Shown: piece after piece, positions 39,251-53,461 of the stretch
Layout of the letters: the number at the start of each line of letters is the position of its first letter
Position numbering within the stretch: position 1 is the stretch's first letter
Assembly (NCBI GenBank): GCA_002633005.1
Contig: NMRA01000095.1
Location: 48,805 to 112,804, forward strand
Source: Phoronis australis
Taxonomy: Eukaryota > Animalia > Phoronida
DNA: 64,000 nt
Direction of reading: 5' to 3'
Notes under the pieces: generated by a model
The model's input: only the letters and a program-made list of their open reading frames with translations
Database searches by the model: none
Told to the model about the DNA's origin: nothing
Made by a program: the position numbers and the translations under genes

Positions 39251-42173
39251 GTAAGTTACTGTCATCAATTATCTTTTTTGAATAATGATTAAGTAGCGCG
39301 CAAATGTGTTATTTAGTGTATGACGTAAACAGAAGTATCACCTGTAGGTCCGCTATTTCGAACTTGAGTGCATCCACAACGTCCCGTAGCAACGGACAAC
39401 AATGAACACGTCCAGCTGAAGGCGCTGTTCCGTTGGATTAAGAAACGATTTAAAACGTCGTGTGCCACCCAACTTCAGCTCATGGCAAACTGGACGTCTC
39501 CTCCATCTCGCTCTTGCTTCTTGGAAATGCTTGCGAAAACCTTTCTCAGCCATTTCATTGCAATTATGTTGTGTCTTCGTGAATGGGTCGTAATCGATTG
39601 GCTGTGGAAAGGATGGTGTGAACTTGTGCTCCATTACCATTCCACAGGAAACAGAGAACACTTTCCCATTCATCCAGTTCCTACTCTAATTCTTGGTGAA
39701 TGTTTCGAACATTTCCAGGAAGTTGTTTTCATCGCCATATTTCCGACAAGTTTTGTTTTGTAGAGTTCTAGGTTGGCAGACTTTTCTCAGACTTCATATG
39801 TGTTAGGTATCCTAAAGTGTTATCTTCTCTCTTTCTGGCTACGTTTTCGGGTCTTATTCGATTTTCTGGTTGTTGTATTTTTTGACTGGAAATTCCTCGC
39901 TTTCGTTTAGATTTGCCACCGTTGCAAACCAAAGTTTGATGGACTGACATGTAATTTACGTACACCATTTGCTCGAGGCAATGCTTTATGGGAATCAATC
40001 GCAAGGTGGCGCCGTGACACCCAACTTTTCAATTTTTACGATATTCTTGTGATAACTGTCTTAACAGAAAGTGGTAAATATTACATATATTTACCTTGAT
40101 TATTTTGTTACATCTGATCCAATTCTTTGACATCTAGCGATAAAATAACTTAGAACATAATACACGACGATCTTTGATTGTTACAAAACCCAGTTGGTTT
40201 ACAACAGGAGGCCAATGTCCACTCAGTTTTTAACCTATCACTGATGATATGCGTCTATAACTGTCTTGATTTGGAGCACACAAAGCTGTATGCAAGCTTC
40301 ATCAACATTATCTTTTCCTTGACGGATGCATCTCCTACAAGAGACAGCTGCTGAGCGGCAGTTAAACAAAGATATGATATTGTCTTAGCTGTAACGCCTT
40401 GATATTCGGGTTAATCACAGTCAAGGTCCATGTTTGGTGGCCACTTTTGATGAAAAATGTTATGTAACTATGAAAGCTGGTTTATTGTAAAGTACCATCA
40501 TTTAAGATTTGTATTGTTAAATATTTTTGCGTAAGAATCAACAATTAAATTTGATGGCCTTCTGCATCAAAGTGCTTTAAGAAGGTACGTGCACTACAAC
40601 TTGTGGTCACAACTAACATTTGTCACGAAAACAAATTCATAAGTAAGCTAATAATTTATTAACTTCTTGATTAAATTATATGACATACTAGAGTAAGAAA
40701 TTTCATCGTGCTGATGATTCATTACATACTTTATCAATGAAAATTTTTTCTCTTGCAATATGATTCTTACAAATAGAAAAAGACCAGTATCTATTAAAAA
40801 ACTTTATTTGTGCTACTTGCCTAATTTTGAACACATTCAGAGTAAGTCAAAATAGATAATACAATGCTAGGTCCAGTATGCAACTTGTAAGCAGGAAGCT
40901 CACTCAATCAACATCAATTCATTTTGACAAATTTACAAATGTCTCGGATGGTCTCGAGTTTGGTGCGGACAGTACTTGTTGGTTTGATGCATCTTGTAAT
41001 CATGTGACATGACTTCTAGGATGTTACTAAGTATTGTGTGGCATTCTGCTGCCCATAAGTTTGATAACGTCCATTGTTTTTTTGTCAGACCGAATGCTTC
41101 AGGGTATACCAGTATTATTCATAAGAACAGCAGTATGTATAAATACATGTAGTTGTAGGCAATATTTGATAGCACACAAGTTGAAGGTACGTACACTACA
41201 AAGGGGTACGTAGACTGTGTTTCAATGACATGTCATCTACTGAGCGATAGTTCATTTACCAAATCCATTCCAGAAGAACAAATAAAATACACAGCATTCA
41301 TGTGCATGTCTGTCATTTTTAGAACATGTTAAAATACGTACACTACACATAGAGCTACATGCCAACATATCACTCAAAACGAATGTATTTGTAGTAAACA
41401 CCCATTTACCTAGTCTATGATTCCATGCTACATGTACTTTATGACATCGGGTACGTACACGTACACTATATAAAGGATTACGTACAGTACATTTTGGTGG
41501 CCTTTTTAGGCCCTTTGCAAAATAGCAGAAATCCCAGTTAATATCCAGACTTTTGGTTTGTTTTGATATTGAATAATTTGACGTGTTGCTTAGGCTTACA
41601 ATGTACATGTTCTGTAGTATTTGTTGTTATAGAGTGCTAACTGTACTTTTTAACCTTCATTACAATAGATTAAGTTTAGAAACACAGGAACGAGTTCCTG
41701 TTGTACGATGAACCTTTTCCATTTCTCAATAATTGAGCACAACTTCATCTAAGTGATTCTGAAAGTGACTTGAGTTATACCTAAGTTACATCAAAGTATT
41801 TACTTACTTAATAAAATAAATTTCTTTTCTACTGTTGCCACTTAAAAACTGGAATTTTTAAAATGACCAATCGTACCGCTAAAAATGCTTGAAATTCAGA
41901 GCCAAAACTGCATTAATTTCTGAAACATAATCCCATTTTGATATTTTTTTTATTGTGCACAATTAAATAACCCTTTGCATATGAGGTCCAGTTGGCATTT
42001 GGTGCGTGATCAGAATTTTTCTTTTTTGGCCGTAACACGGTCGACTCTCGAACACGGACCTTGATTGCGATTTACTCGGTTGTGTCGTGATTGTACATTT
42101 TGTCTCCTATTCACGCGATTGAAAAACGAAAAGCTTCCGGATTTTTTCTAACGTTGTTTTCTCTGAATTGTAG

Positions 42174-42262
42174 GTCACTGTTTTGGACGAAGACAGCACA
42201 ACTACAAGAAATCACATGTGTATTTCAATTAATGACCCGCACATGATCACATTTGACGGCCA
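42174..42262 (+). CDS. Gene B exon 8: start of VWD domain
   Basis: ttgtag|...|gtgagt, phase 0-2. Encodes VTVLDEDSTTTRNHMCISINDPHMITFDG (C...DPH..TFDG). Confidence 0.93.
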
Positions 42263-43354
42263 GTGAGTATATGCATTGTTACAATTCAGTAGCTATGGAA
42301 AAGTGCTCAGTGACCCGTGTCTAGCAATCATGCATATACGTAAGATGGCACTCAACATTTTTCTCCATTTCGCCTCCCAAGGCTGTCAGAACTGAGGAAA
42401 AGCACTTTATTTCTTTTTCTTAACAAAACCACAGAATGTGAAACATATGCAGATACTGGTCATACATAAATCTTGCCAACTGTTGAAAATTTGGATTCAA
42501 AGTTCCTTTTCTTTTGCTATTTTGCCCACACCTGGCCCTGCCAATAAGAGTAAAAATACACAAAATTGGCAGCTTCAGCCCAAAACCTCGACGAAACACT
42601 CAGAGATCCATATCTGTCTCGCCGAGAGAAAATCCGGCCAAAACCACGTGCTCTCATTGAAAATTCACGGCAATATCTCGAACAATCTCGCGAGAGCTTG
42701 CTTTACCAGCATTATACTAGGGTTACTGATCTCGACCCAACTTGGCGGCCTATTTGTGCTGCAACTGCAACGGATAACGCTTGAAATGGAATCAAGGTGA
42801 CGTAATCGCAAGGCATCGGGTTCCCAAGGCAGCCATTGATCGGCGTTTGTTTTGAGCACAACAAACGCCACGGTTCCACGACCTGATCATGGTCTCATTC
42901 CGTAGAAAAATTCTCTTGCGAGAAAACCAAGTCCTCGCCAGACCTCGAGAAATCACTCCAGTGAAAGGCGAGAGTCTGGCGGGTATACTCGGAAGCTTGC
43001 TACCGTGTTCTAGCAATATGGCGTCCACTGAGGTGATGGGCGGTTGCAACCAGACTGCGGAATTGCAGGTTCGCCCAAAAGCCAGGGTTTAAGTCAACTT
43101 GAATGCTTACTCTTCAGAGTCTAACGAACGCGGTGAGAATAAAAACTGAGAAATGTCCATTTTATGTCATCAATTAGGGACTGCCTTGCTAGACAAAAAC
43201 AAAATTTCAGTAAATCTGAGATCATGGTTATTTACAAATGTTCATGCATAAAAGAGGTTCTCCAGCCACCATATATTCAACGTTTTTAGCCACACTTGCA
43301 TCTCTTTCAGTCAATCAACGGTTTATATACATCACAGTTTTTTATTTATTGCAG

Positions 43355-43418
43355 TCGTTATGAAAGTCATCTTCACGGAGAATTTATTCTTTACAAAAAT
43401 AATAAATATCCATTTGAG
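43355..43418 (+). CDS. Gene B exon 9: VWD
   Basis: ttgcag|...|gtgagt, phase 2-0. Encodes RYESHLHGEFILYKNNKYPFE. Confidence 0.92.
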
Positions 43419-44378
43419 GTGAGTAGTTTTTTGTTATTGTTTATATGAGTTCTGTTAACCCAAAGGTACTTTATGTACACATGTATGCCATTTCGGTCTA
43501 TCAAAGTGATATAAATGTGCTTTGCTTGTTCTAGAACGTCTTCCATTTAAAATTACCAACTTCAGAAATCAGTAAATAGTCACCATACCTCCACTGAGTG
43601 TTGTTGAACGATACAGCCACTTGCTCTTAGGGGGTCGTCCTACATCGTGTATTTTGCTTCCAACATGCGTCCAGTGTATATAGCCACGATTATATGCAGC
43701 AGTATTACTCCATTTTAAACTTTTTAAACAATACGCATACCCACCAACGGCAGTAAATAAGTATTTACATGGCATTCGTAAGGGGGAAAGAAATGCAATA
43801 TTTGTCATCACAAATCGACACAGCAACGTTTAATGGTGAAGAGAAATTTCATCTAGAGTCATTTCCTTAAGTCTGGGTAGCTCTAACATTCGATAATCAA
43901 CCCCCAGGCTTTTTTGTTTTTGGAACTATCTCGCAAACATGTACCTGTATGAATATGTTAAGAAAGATCGATGCATTGGTGCTAAAAAAATTCAAAGATT
44001 AAGGGTGGTTTGAAGATTTTGAAATGGCAGGTGCCATTCTATAAGGCCAACTCATTATTCCTCGAACGTATCACAAACTTACAGTATTAAACAATCCACC
44101 TTTGTAGCCAAATCGCAATGTTTTGTTAAGCGCACTGTTGGTAACCTGCCGGATTCACGAAAATAAGTTTTCCAGTTCGCATACAAACACATTGCACTTG
44201 GCAGCAAAGGAAGTGAAGATCACAATGGCGGCATTTTGGTCGAGTGATCTTGGTTTTACACCCAGGTGCAAATTTAAATTGCATTCATAGGTCACATGTA
44301 TATTTTTATCTTCGTATATTTACAATTACGTGCCACCTGGAGGTGGTGTATTTATACCTGTGAGTGTAGCTGTACATA

Positions 44379-45788
44379 CAGGGCCCGGTCTCCAATCTCC
44401 GTACTCAGACTCTAATCATGCTCAAACTCACAGTTCATACTCAACTCGAGTACAGACTCAGCTTTCGTGTATTCAATGTCATACTCGAAAAATCTGTACT
44501 CGAAATTTCGAGCACGTACTCAGTTTTCGAGTGTACTCGAACTGAAGTTGTATCTCATCTATATTTCGAGTACGATTTTGAGTACAAATTCGGAGTCTAT
44601 GCTCAAATTTCAAGTTTGGTATGGCAGTGTGCTTGAAATTGTCCTCGAAAATAAATACGAGCCAGAGAATAAAATATCGAAAGGGAACCAAGAAACACAG
44701 CAAATCTAAAAAAAATAAGTCCTCTTACCGCATCTCAGCACTTCAATTTCACTTCAGAGATAATAGTTTTCATCTTTTAAGATTTAAAAATCTTCTTATT
44801 CTTCACCTTATTAACCCGCCGTATCACTGTATGTTATGGCCGCCATTCCATCTCTACAATTCCTGGCAACAGGCACATTGTAATCCCTTGTCGTCGAGTC
44901 ATAACAAGCGTCGAAAGCAGTTGTGGGAATAGTCGTGTGAGAAGTTTGTGCTGACCTTATTTCGGTATGTGTGCCTACGTTTTGTAGGGTTTCCAAAAGA
45001 CCAGGAGGGGAGGGAAGTTAAAAAAGTTCGCTTCCCTGTCAGGTACATTTCTCATCATACCTTAGTCATCTATAATTCCTCAATCCCCAAATGGAATTCC
45101 AGATTTTGTTTGCCGATGTCTAAGTAGACGTCTCGTCGCGTTCACTGCCACTGGTGAACTCTGAATGCCTGCACAAGTATTGTTTTTTAACCCAAGTGCC
45201 AAATGTCAACTCACTTGATACATCCCAGTAAAATACAAAGATACAGTATCAAAGTTTGACTTCAGCGTAGGCCTACACAGCAATGGGTTTATGTCAAGAC
45301 TAAATTAACAACAGAGATGTAATGTGATAAGCTGTTACATATTTCTTAAGACATTTTCGGGACTGGGTGAGGAACTCAAGAAGTAAAGCTTAAATATTGT
45401 CAAATGTATCAAAGAAATGGCATAAGAATATTTATTGAAAATAAAAAATGAATAACAGTTACAGAACACTCAGAATTCCACGTCATAGACATACTCTTGT
45501 AGTTGTAGCGACAGCAGACGATAATGTAGGCCTAGTTCTTGGGGTGGTCTATTCCAATAGGGGGCGATGAATCAGCGCTGCTTTGCGTGATTTTGCATTT
45601 CACATCATAAAGAGTTCCATAGCAACTCGAGTATGAGTGTCAGATTTGAGTACGTTTGGAGTCTGCTCGAAATGCGACATTAGATACGCTTTTTTGAGTA
45701 CGACTCCAGTGAGCACGATTTTGAGTATGAAATCTCGAGTATGAGTATGAGTATGAGTCTGAGTACGGAGATTGGAGACCGGGCCCTG
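44379..45788. mobile_element. hAT-like non-autonomous element
   Basis: Perfect 34-bp TIR CAGGGCCCGGTCTCCAATCTCCGTACTCAGACTC with subterminal ACTC(A/G)/GAGTA repeats. No intact adjacent 8-bp TSD, so the superfamily call is tentative. Confidence 0.88.
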
Positions 45789-46554
45789 GTGTATTTGCGT
45801 TAATAAGACACGAAAGTAAATATACACTCGGGTCTAAATATCACCCAGTTGTAAACACCGTAATGTAAATGAGGCTTAAGATATTGCTTACCCGTATGTG
45901 TAGTTGCACGTAAAGTTACGTACGACACGTATTTTCTTCATGTGAACGCAAATACATCTGTAGAGTTACACAAGAGAGTATGAATATTATTTACATCAAG
46001 TTATAAGAAAACAAATGTACACACATGCAAGTACTTGAGGTACATATGACGCCTTTTCCATTTGTGCACCGTTGTACATGCGCGGAAATGATTTTGTTTT
46101 CGCGACTTTCAAGAATTATTCGTCTTGGATGGATAGCCACCAGCTTTGTGTCAAATTCCAAAATTCAGTAAGTTATGAAATCGACCCGGCAACTGGTACA
46201 TGTATATGGCTAAACCCTGATACCTGTAACAACACAAATGTAAGAGATCGGGATAGAGAAACCAATGATGTTTAAGGTAATGGAGGACCATATAAAAATT
46301 AAATTTTGCTATACTGTTGGGATTATAAATATGTTAAGTATTTGAGGATAGTTTAATGCCAGAATTTTCTCCATTAATGCATTCAATGGCCAACACAACA
46401 AATTGCTTTTCTCACATAATAATCAACATTCTCCCGAAGTTACACCATATGTAAATGCAATACAAAAGTGTTGCTTGCTTGAATGTTATTGTCTCTTTCA
46501 TTAACATCTAAGCGTGTCTTGAAATTTATTTACTCTGTCGGTGTTAATAAACAG

Positions 46555-46800
46555 GTTCACGGACTCTTCCAAAAATGCGGCGGATGGCGAAGTTATGAAA
46601 ATACAGCCTGTAATTGCGGTGTTGCCGTGAGATCTGCCACCGATGTGTTCGTGGTTGAAAATTGCAAGAAAAAAGAGCTGTATCATACAGGTGCAGGGGA
46701 TCGATTAAAGAGTCGTTTACGAATAAGTCAAGAAGGGTCTTGCGACTCTTATGGTCGAGGTACGAGACTTATTCGAAAAGATGGCGGCAGTACAATGGAG
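46555..46800 (+). CDS. Gene B exon 10: VWD
   Basis: aacag|...|gtgagt, phase 0-0. Encodes VHGLFQKC...ACNCGVAVRSATDVFVVENC...GSTME. Confidence 0.92.
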
Positions 46801-49187
46801 GTGAGTCAGTCTTAACATCCCGAATTCAACTCTTCTATTTTGCCGATTTGGAAAACGCTTAGTTTTCGTAAAGGTAGGGCTGCTGTCACATTCCTGAACT
46901 GATTTGATTCACATTTCCAACGTCATTTTTGTCAGCATTTCATTACCTTAGGGTAAAACTTTAGCTGCATTAGTAGGACTAATGGCGTTCTAGCTTGCGT
47001 GTGCACTATACATGCAGGGATAAACAAACTAGAGGTGTCCAATTGTGAGACAATATGCCACATTGATGGTTTTACACCACAGAATCATAACTAAACAGGC
47101 ACCTTGGGTATCTATCTATTCAGTGTCGTCATTATTTCTCTATTAGAGTTGAAAGTATAGATGAGAAGCGGAGAAATAGATGGAGGGAGAGGCTGAACTG
47201 TGCCGGATTAAACAGTTGCGAGACTGGCAACAAGACTGGGAACGCAGGCCCCCACTCAAATTTTCATGCAACGAATATCTCACAACAACAGCCGAATAGG
47301 TGTAATTTCCAACTTTGGGAAGAAAAGCAATTGAGGAGAGTTCTGCATGTTGAGGCTAGTGTGTCCACTGCCTATCTGTTGATGGAATTGGACGATTTCA
47401 GGATATACACACCACTAATCAGCCCCTGTACCAATTACAATATCAAATCTTCTACCTTTGCTAAATAACGAACATTCTGCACACATTCCGGATTATTAAA
47501 ATTTTGCCACAAAGCATTTTAACGAAACTCAAACTGTAAATTCAAGAACGGCTCAACATCAAGGAATATCTGGCGCTTTTTTAGACTCTGCAGTTTTATA
47601 GTCCCGTGTTTTTGTGTGGAAGCTTACGCTGTTAGCAACACTACGGCACCTATATTTCTTTGTCATCGCCCACTCAGTGGGGTCTCGTTTTTCTTGACCC
47701 TGAGCAAATTCTTGCGGCATTCTTAAATTTGACGTTTCCTTCGCGACCAACCTGTGACACTCCTACAAATTTTCGTACCTTCTGAAAGTGGATCCAGCCG
47801 TACCACTCTATGACTCGAACACGTCTAAAGACTCTTTGCTGTTGAAAACGACTTCAACCCTATTTCAACCTATTGGCAAGATTTTCAGCTCCAGTAAACT
47901 CATAGTTTCAAAATATGTGGCATTAAAATTTTGACTTCATCAAAACAATCCTGGTCATTTTTCATCGTTGAAGAATAACCATTGGTGATCATCAGTTTAC
48001 GGGACCAAAATGTGACACTGCGTCGTTCGTTGCAAAACAGCATCGTCCGATGATCTCGGATTGAGAAATCGGAAAAGTGTTGGAAATAGTAACCTTGATC
48101 GAAGTCGAAACGCCTGAGACGAACGGACAATTGAGAAAACTATGTTATAAATCAACGCCTTTATCATTTAGCAAGTCGAAGCATTGGGAAGATGAAACAT
48201 AAATTACTGTTAGACTTTGATTTAAAGCCTGTTTGAGTAGCCCGGTTGGTAAGCCTCACAATTACCATGCAAATGCCATAGGTGAACAAGAAATAAACTA
48301 GACTCCATCTGTTCGTATGAACATTACTGCCGGTATTTCCCCTGTGCAAATGAAGAGTAGTAAAGGTATCATCTCTCTCGGAGGGTTTTTGCACCATGTC
48401 CTTTCAGTTATTTTCAAATTTAGACTATTTTCTTGTTATTCAATTTACCTAGGCTGTTCACTGCTTCGCGCTTTGTTAAGAACACAGAAGTACTTATCTA
48501 CAAGATTTCAAACACAAACAATGATTAACACAGCCCCTGGTAACTGTTTTGAAATTCATGTAAAATTTTGCTTTAGTGTACATAGGCACGATTCCTGGTC
48601 TTGGAAATACCTTACAGTTCGTCATTTATTCAAACCCGGGATGATAGGTTTTCTTAATTTGCCAAGCATTGTCTTGTAAAATGTCACTTGTTTTTTTCGA
48701 GGTAGTCAGTAACACGTTGAAACCAATTCTGTAGGCTCTAACGCTCTGATCAAACATAAGTTTCATAACCTGAGCGATGCAATTATATCTGGTAAATGGA
48801 TGTAGATGAAGCAAATACACTTGAACCAGATAATCGGTCGACAACTCGTTTTTATGGATTTGAAGTCCTAATTAAGAAATACTTGAATTCTATATTAAAG
48901 AATCTGATTTTGAAAGTTACACTGTTTATAAAATGGATATTTTGGAATAAATACAAAAAACGTGATGATACAATATTGTTTTTTTTGCTGTCATGCCTGC
49001 TCCCTACTTCGACGGAATTTTTCGACAATGACTCTAAACCTGTTTTGACATTGTACCCCGTGCAGGCTGGAAGCGGTTTGGGCATGCATTACTTCTTTCT
49101 AGTTCATTCTACTTTTTTCTGTGGAGTTCTCTGAAATGCTTCATTGACTATGAAACAATCGACATTACTTATATTTTTAAATTGCAG

Positions 49188-49441
49188 CTCCATCTCCCGA
49201 CGGGAACAGTTGTTGAAGTCAAAGGTATCGGAAGGGGATACTTGTCAATATACATCGTCCCATCAAAAGCTGATTTTGGAAATACCGAAGGCCTTTGTGG
49301 CTCATTTAACAATGTTTGCGACGACGATTTTATCCACAACGGTGTCAGTTATGATGAGAGCCGTCCAGAAGAATGCCAAACTGAAGCAAGCTACCTATTA
49401 AAAGAAAAACATGTCAAGGATAGTTTTACATCCTTGTGGAG
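49188..49441 (+). CDS. Gene B exon 11: end of VWD
   Basis: ttgcag|...|gtatat, phase 0-2. Encodes LHLPTGTVV...TEGLCGSFNNVCDDDF...FTSLWR. Confidence 0.93.
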
Positions 49442-50583
49442 GTATATATGTATTGGTTGGTCTATAAACCACACTACGTGGCTATGGTAACACTCATCAG
49501 CTTAGAAAAACATGTCAAGGTCAGCTATACACCTTTGTGGAAGTACGTACATGTATGTGTTAGTTGGTCTAGCAACTACACTAGGTGGCGCTGGTAATAC
49601 TCGCCAGTTAAAAACATGTCACGAACAGATGAGTAACACTAAAAGGCAAGACTTCCCGAGATTACGTGAGATATTGCCGTGTATTTTAAGCGAGAACACG
49701 TGACTTTGGCTAGACTTTAGCGAGGTCCTATCGTCGGTCCTAGCGTTACTGAACTAGGTGGGGCTGGTGATACTCATGAAGCTTACCTAGCAACAAGCTG
49801 CCCTGTTGTTGTTCTCTGGCCCTTCAATCTTGGAATTTCGATAATTCTAATCCTGTTACCTGTGCAATTTACATGGCCACATATTAAAATTCGCCCATTG
49901 GCAGCTACAATTTCTTAAGGCCATTCTTACAAAATGTTTGCAGGGAAGTTTAACACAGTTTCACACATTCAGGATAAATATGCATGAGCGTGCTTGTGGT
50001 GTGCTCGTGTGTATTTTGTGCGTGTGTGTTATTTTAGTCAGTGTCTGGTGTTTGAAGGTCACTGAAATGTTCCAAGATTCGTAATTGTTACTCTCCTCGC
50101 GTCTGTGCCTGTTCTCAATTTCAAGCAATGGTCGTGAAAACAGTGAAGGAATTTCCACTTCACTCTTTTCACGGCCCCTTTTTGCATAATAAATGTAAAT
50201 CGCATCATAATAATTTGAATACTTCGCGAAAACGAGGGCTTGCGCAATTGGTAAAGTTAAGCCCAACTGCCCTCCAAGGATACTGAAGCCTGTTTCAGTA
50301 CTTTGCTTCATCTGCTACTAAATAATATCTACAAACCCTCCAAGATACTGTATACGCATTACACTGTTAAAACTTCCTCACTGCGTCTTAAGATGGAAAA
50401 TGTTGTTCGAGGTGAGCTGACTGCCGAAGAAATTTCATCTTGTTTCAGTCTTTTATAAGCCTGAAAACGGTATCACAGTATTCTTTTGTGAGACAGATTT
50501 TACAGAGATTGTGCAAATGAGATCTTGTTTGGAAAGGGCTTAGTATTCTTAAATTATCTTCTTATGCAATGTTGTATTTCCAG

Positions 50584-50863
50584 GGTAAAGCCGGAAAATA
50601 GGTTGTTTGGCGGGAAATTTAATCCTGAAAACACTTTCCAGGCGTTTAGAAATCAACAATATTGCACGTGCGATCCAGCAAATACCGGAGGGGAGATTGA
50701 ATGTAGCCCCTTGGAGTACGTCAATCCGTGTGAAAGTTTAGGTGGTGTTGACATCACTGACCGCCACGTTAAAAAATGTCGCAGAAAAAGAGAAACTAAC
50801 TTTCACGACTTCGTCGACGACGAAAATTATGAACTTGACGTCGATCCTACTTACAAACCCTCG
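50584..50863 (+). CDS. Gene B exon 12 (contains RRKR furin-type site)
   Basis: tttccag|...|gtacgt, phase 2-0. Encodes VKPENRLF...YCTC...KKCRRKRETNF...PTYKPS. Confidence 0.9.
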
Positions 50864-51825
50864 GTACGTAATTCTAGTTGATCTGTGCAATACGCTACTT
50901 TATACTACATAATCAGCTTTACAAAGCCATTACAACTTTGATTAACCTTTTTGTTAACCAACGCGTGTTGATTACAGTTTTTGCGGGAACCCCTAGTTCA
51001 GAGTCTAATCCGCTTTACTCAAGTTCCGTGTAGTGACTGCCGTCGGCTTGACATCAGAGCAATTCTGCAGCAGACGTCATTTTACTTGGAAATTGAATAC
51101 TACAATGAGGACGTGCAATAATCCCATGTTTAACAAACCGCACTGTACTGACATTTATACGATGCGAAATTTAAGACGTAGAATTTAAAGAAAAACGACA
51201 TCTTTAATTCAGTAAAACTTATCTACCATTTTCTCTCACTTGAAAATCATCGATCTCCAGTTCTAATGTCGCCAGGAATCTTACTCGGACATTATATTAG
51301 TAACCAGTAGTAAACTTATTTAGCAAACAATATTTTCCCGGTGGGAGCTCAGCAAGATAATATACATATATGGAGTAGGCTAGCCTATTTGCTTGAAATT
51401 TTTATGCTATACATTCGCTTTATTTCTATTTTGTTCAAATTTCCAACTGGTTTTGAGTAAAACCATTATTTTAACAAATTGACGGCGATAATTCTCCACT
51501 CGGGACTTTAGACTTAGGGGGATAATGAGTTTGCCATGAAATAATATATATCTATGTCTGAGTCCATGTATATGTATACATGGTCACGTGTATTAACATT
51601 TATTGTGTCGTTTGCATGTTTAGTCATTAAATCGGGTCAAACTTTAAATAGATGCAAAAGTATTACAAGTACTAGTAGCGAAAGCAACTCTTCAAAGCAA
51701 CCTTGCCTTCTCAACATTGCCTGTTAGTTGTCTGTGATGTTCTAAAATGAATTCTGTTGTGGGTGGTTGCCTGTAACTTATTACGTACATGTATCATTTG
51801 GCAAAAATGTGTTGACTATTTTAAG

Positions 51826-51981
51826 GTGATGTCTTTTCCAACTGCGAGTAACATCACATACGAGTCTGCGAAGACTTTTTGTGAAAATTACGTGTACAAC
51901 TCATCCGTAGCCAAGACGTGTGGAGAGGTTGCCGAGATAAACTTTTCGGAGAAAGTTGGTAGCTGTGTCGAAGACATTAAG
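51826..51981 (+). CDS. Gene B exon 13 (copy 1): Cys-rich region after VWD
   Basis: ttttaag|...|gtaaac, 156 nt, phase 0-0. Encodes VMSFPTASNITYESAKTFC...SCVEDIK. Confidence 0.9.
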
Positions 51982-52812
51982 GTAAACATTATTCGGAGAT
52001 GACCCTCCGGCTTTGTGATACGATTCTTTTTCAGTAATAAGGCTTAGGTCTTTGGAAATGTTTTTAAAGCTGCACTTTATCCCGTTAAGCTGACTAAAAA
52101 CAAAACTTGAACATGATCTATTATCTTGATGGCAAGAAATGCTCTTAATTTAGCGTACGATTGCCATGATCGGCAGTCTTCTTCATGTGTCTGTTGCTGA
52201 CTGTTACTGGTTACTGATACAGTTCGTGCACAGTCAATGTCTTGATGGTGGGGTTCTCACTGAGTAGTATTATCAGACTCCTAGTTGACATGGTAACCAT
52301 AACTATGTACACGATCCGAAAATGATGTTTCGCTTTATTTAATGCACCAATTATTCCCGTGAACAATGACATGACGTCTTTGCAACATAGGACAAAACAC
52401 ACCTGCTGTCATCACTTGTAAAAATCTTCTCAGATGACACTGTCGGAACTCAAAACAATCTAAATTATCTGCCTCAATCATGCGCGCACCCAGCCTTTAA
52501 TATGGGGGGTCTAATTCCCGACGTTGTGGACCTTCTGCTAACAAAAGAGGGGGCGGACTNGTATACATGGTCACGTGTATTAACATTTATTGTGTCGTTT
52601 GCATGTTTAGTCATTAAATCGGGTCAAACTTTAATTAGATGCAAAAGTATTACAAGTACTAGTAGCGAAAGCAAATCTTCAAAGCAATCTTGCCTTCTCA
52701 ACATTGCCTGTTAGTTGTCTGTGATGTTCTGAAATGAATTCTGTTGTGTGTGGTTGCCTGTAACTTATTACGTACATGTATCATTTGGCAAAAATGTGTT
52801 GACTATTTTAAG

Positions 52813-52968
52813 GTGATGTCTTTTCCAACTGCGAATAACATCACATACGAGTCTGCGAAGACTTTTTGTGAAAATTACGTGTACAACTCATCCGTAGCCA
52901 AGACGTGTGGAGAGGTTGCCGAGATAAATTTTTCGGAGAAAGTTGGTAGCTGTGTCGAAGACATTAAG
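52813..52968 (+). CDS. Gene B exon 13 (copy 2, probably the other haplotype)
   Basis: Identical to 51826-51981 except S>N and one silent change. Confidence 0.7.
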
Positions 52969-53461
52969 GTAAACATTATTCGGAGATGACACTCCGGCTT
53001 TGTGATACGATTCTTTTTAATAAGGCTTAGGTCTTTGGAAATGTTTTTAAAGCTGCACTTTATCCCGTTAAGCTGACTAAAAACAAAACTTGAACATGAT
53101 CTATTATCTTGATGGCAAGAAATGCTCTTAATTTAGCGTACGATTACCACGATCGGCAGTCTTCTTCATGTGTCTGTTGCTGACTGTTACTGGTTACTGA
53201 TACAGTTCGTGCACAGTCAATGTCTTGATGGTGGGGTTCTCACTGAGTAGTATTATCAGACTCCTAGTTGACATGGTAACCATAACTATGTACACGTTCC
53301 GAAAATGATGTTTCCCTTTATTTAATGCACCAATTATTCCCGTGAACAATGACATGACGTCTTTGCAACATAGGGCAAAGCACACCTGCTGTCATCACTT
53401 GTAAAAATCTTCTCAGATGACACTGTCGGAACTCAAAACAATCTAAATTATTTGCCTCAAT

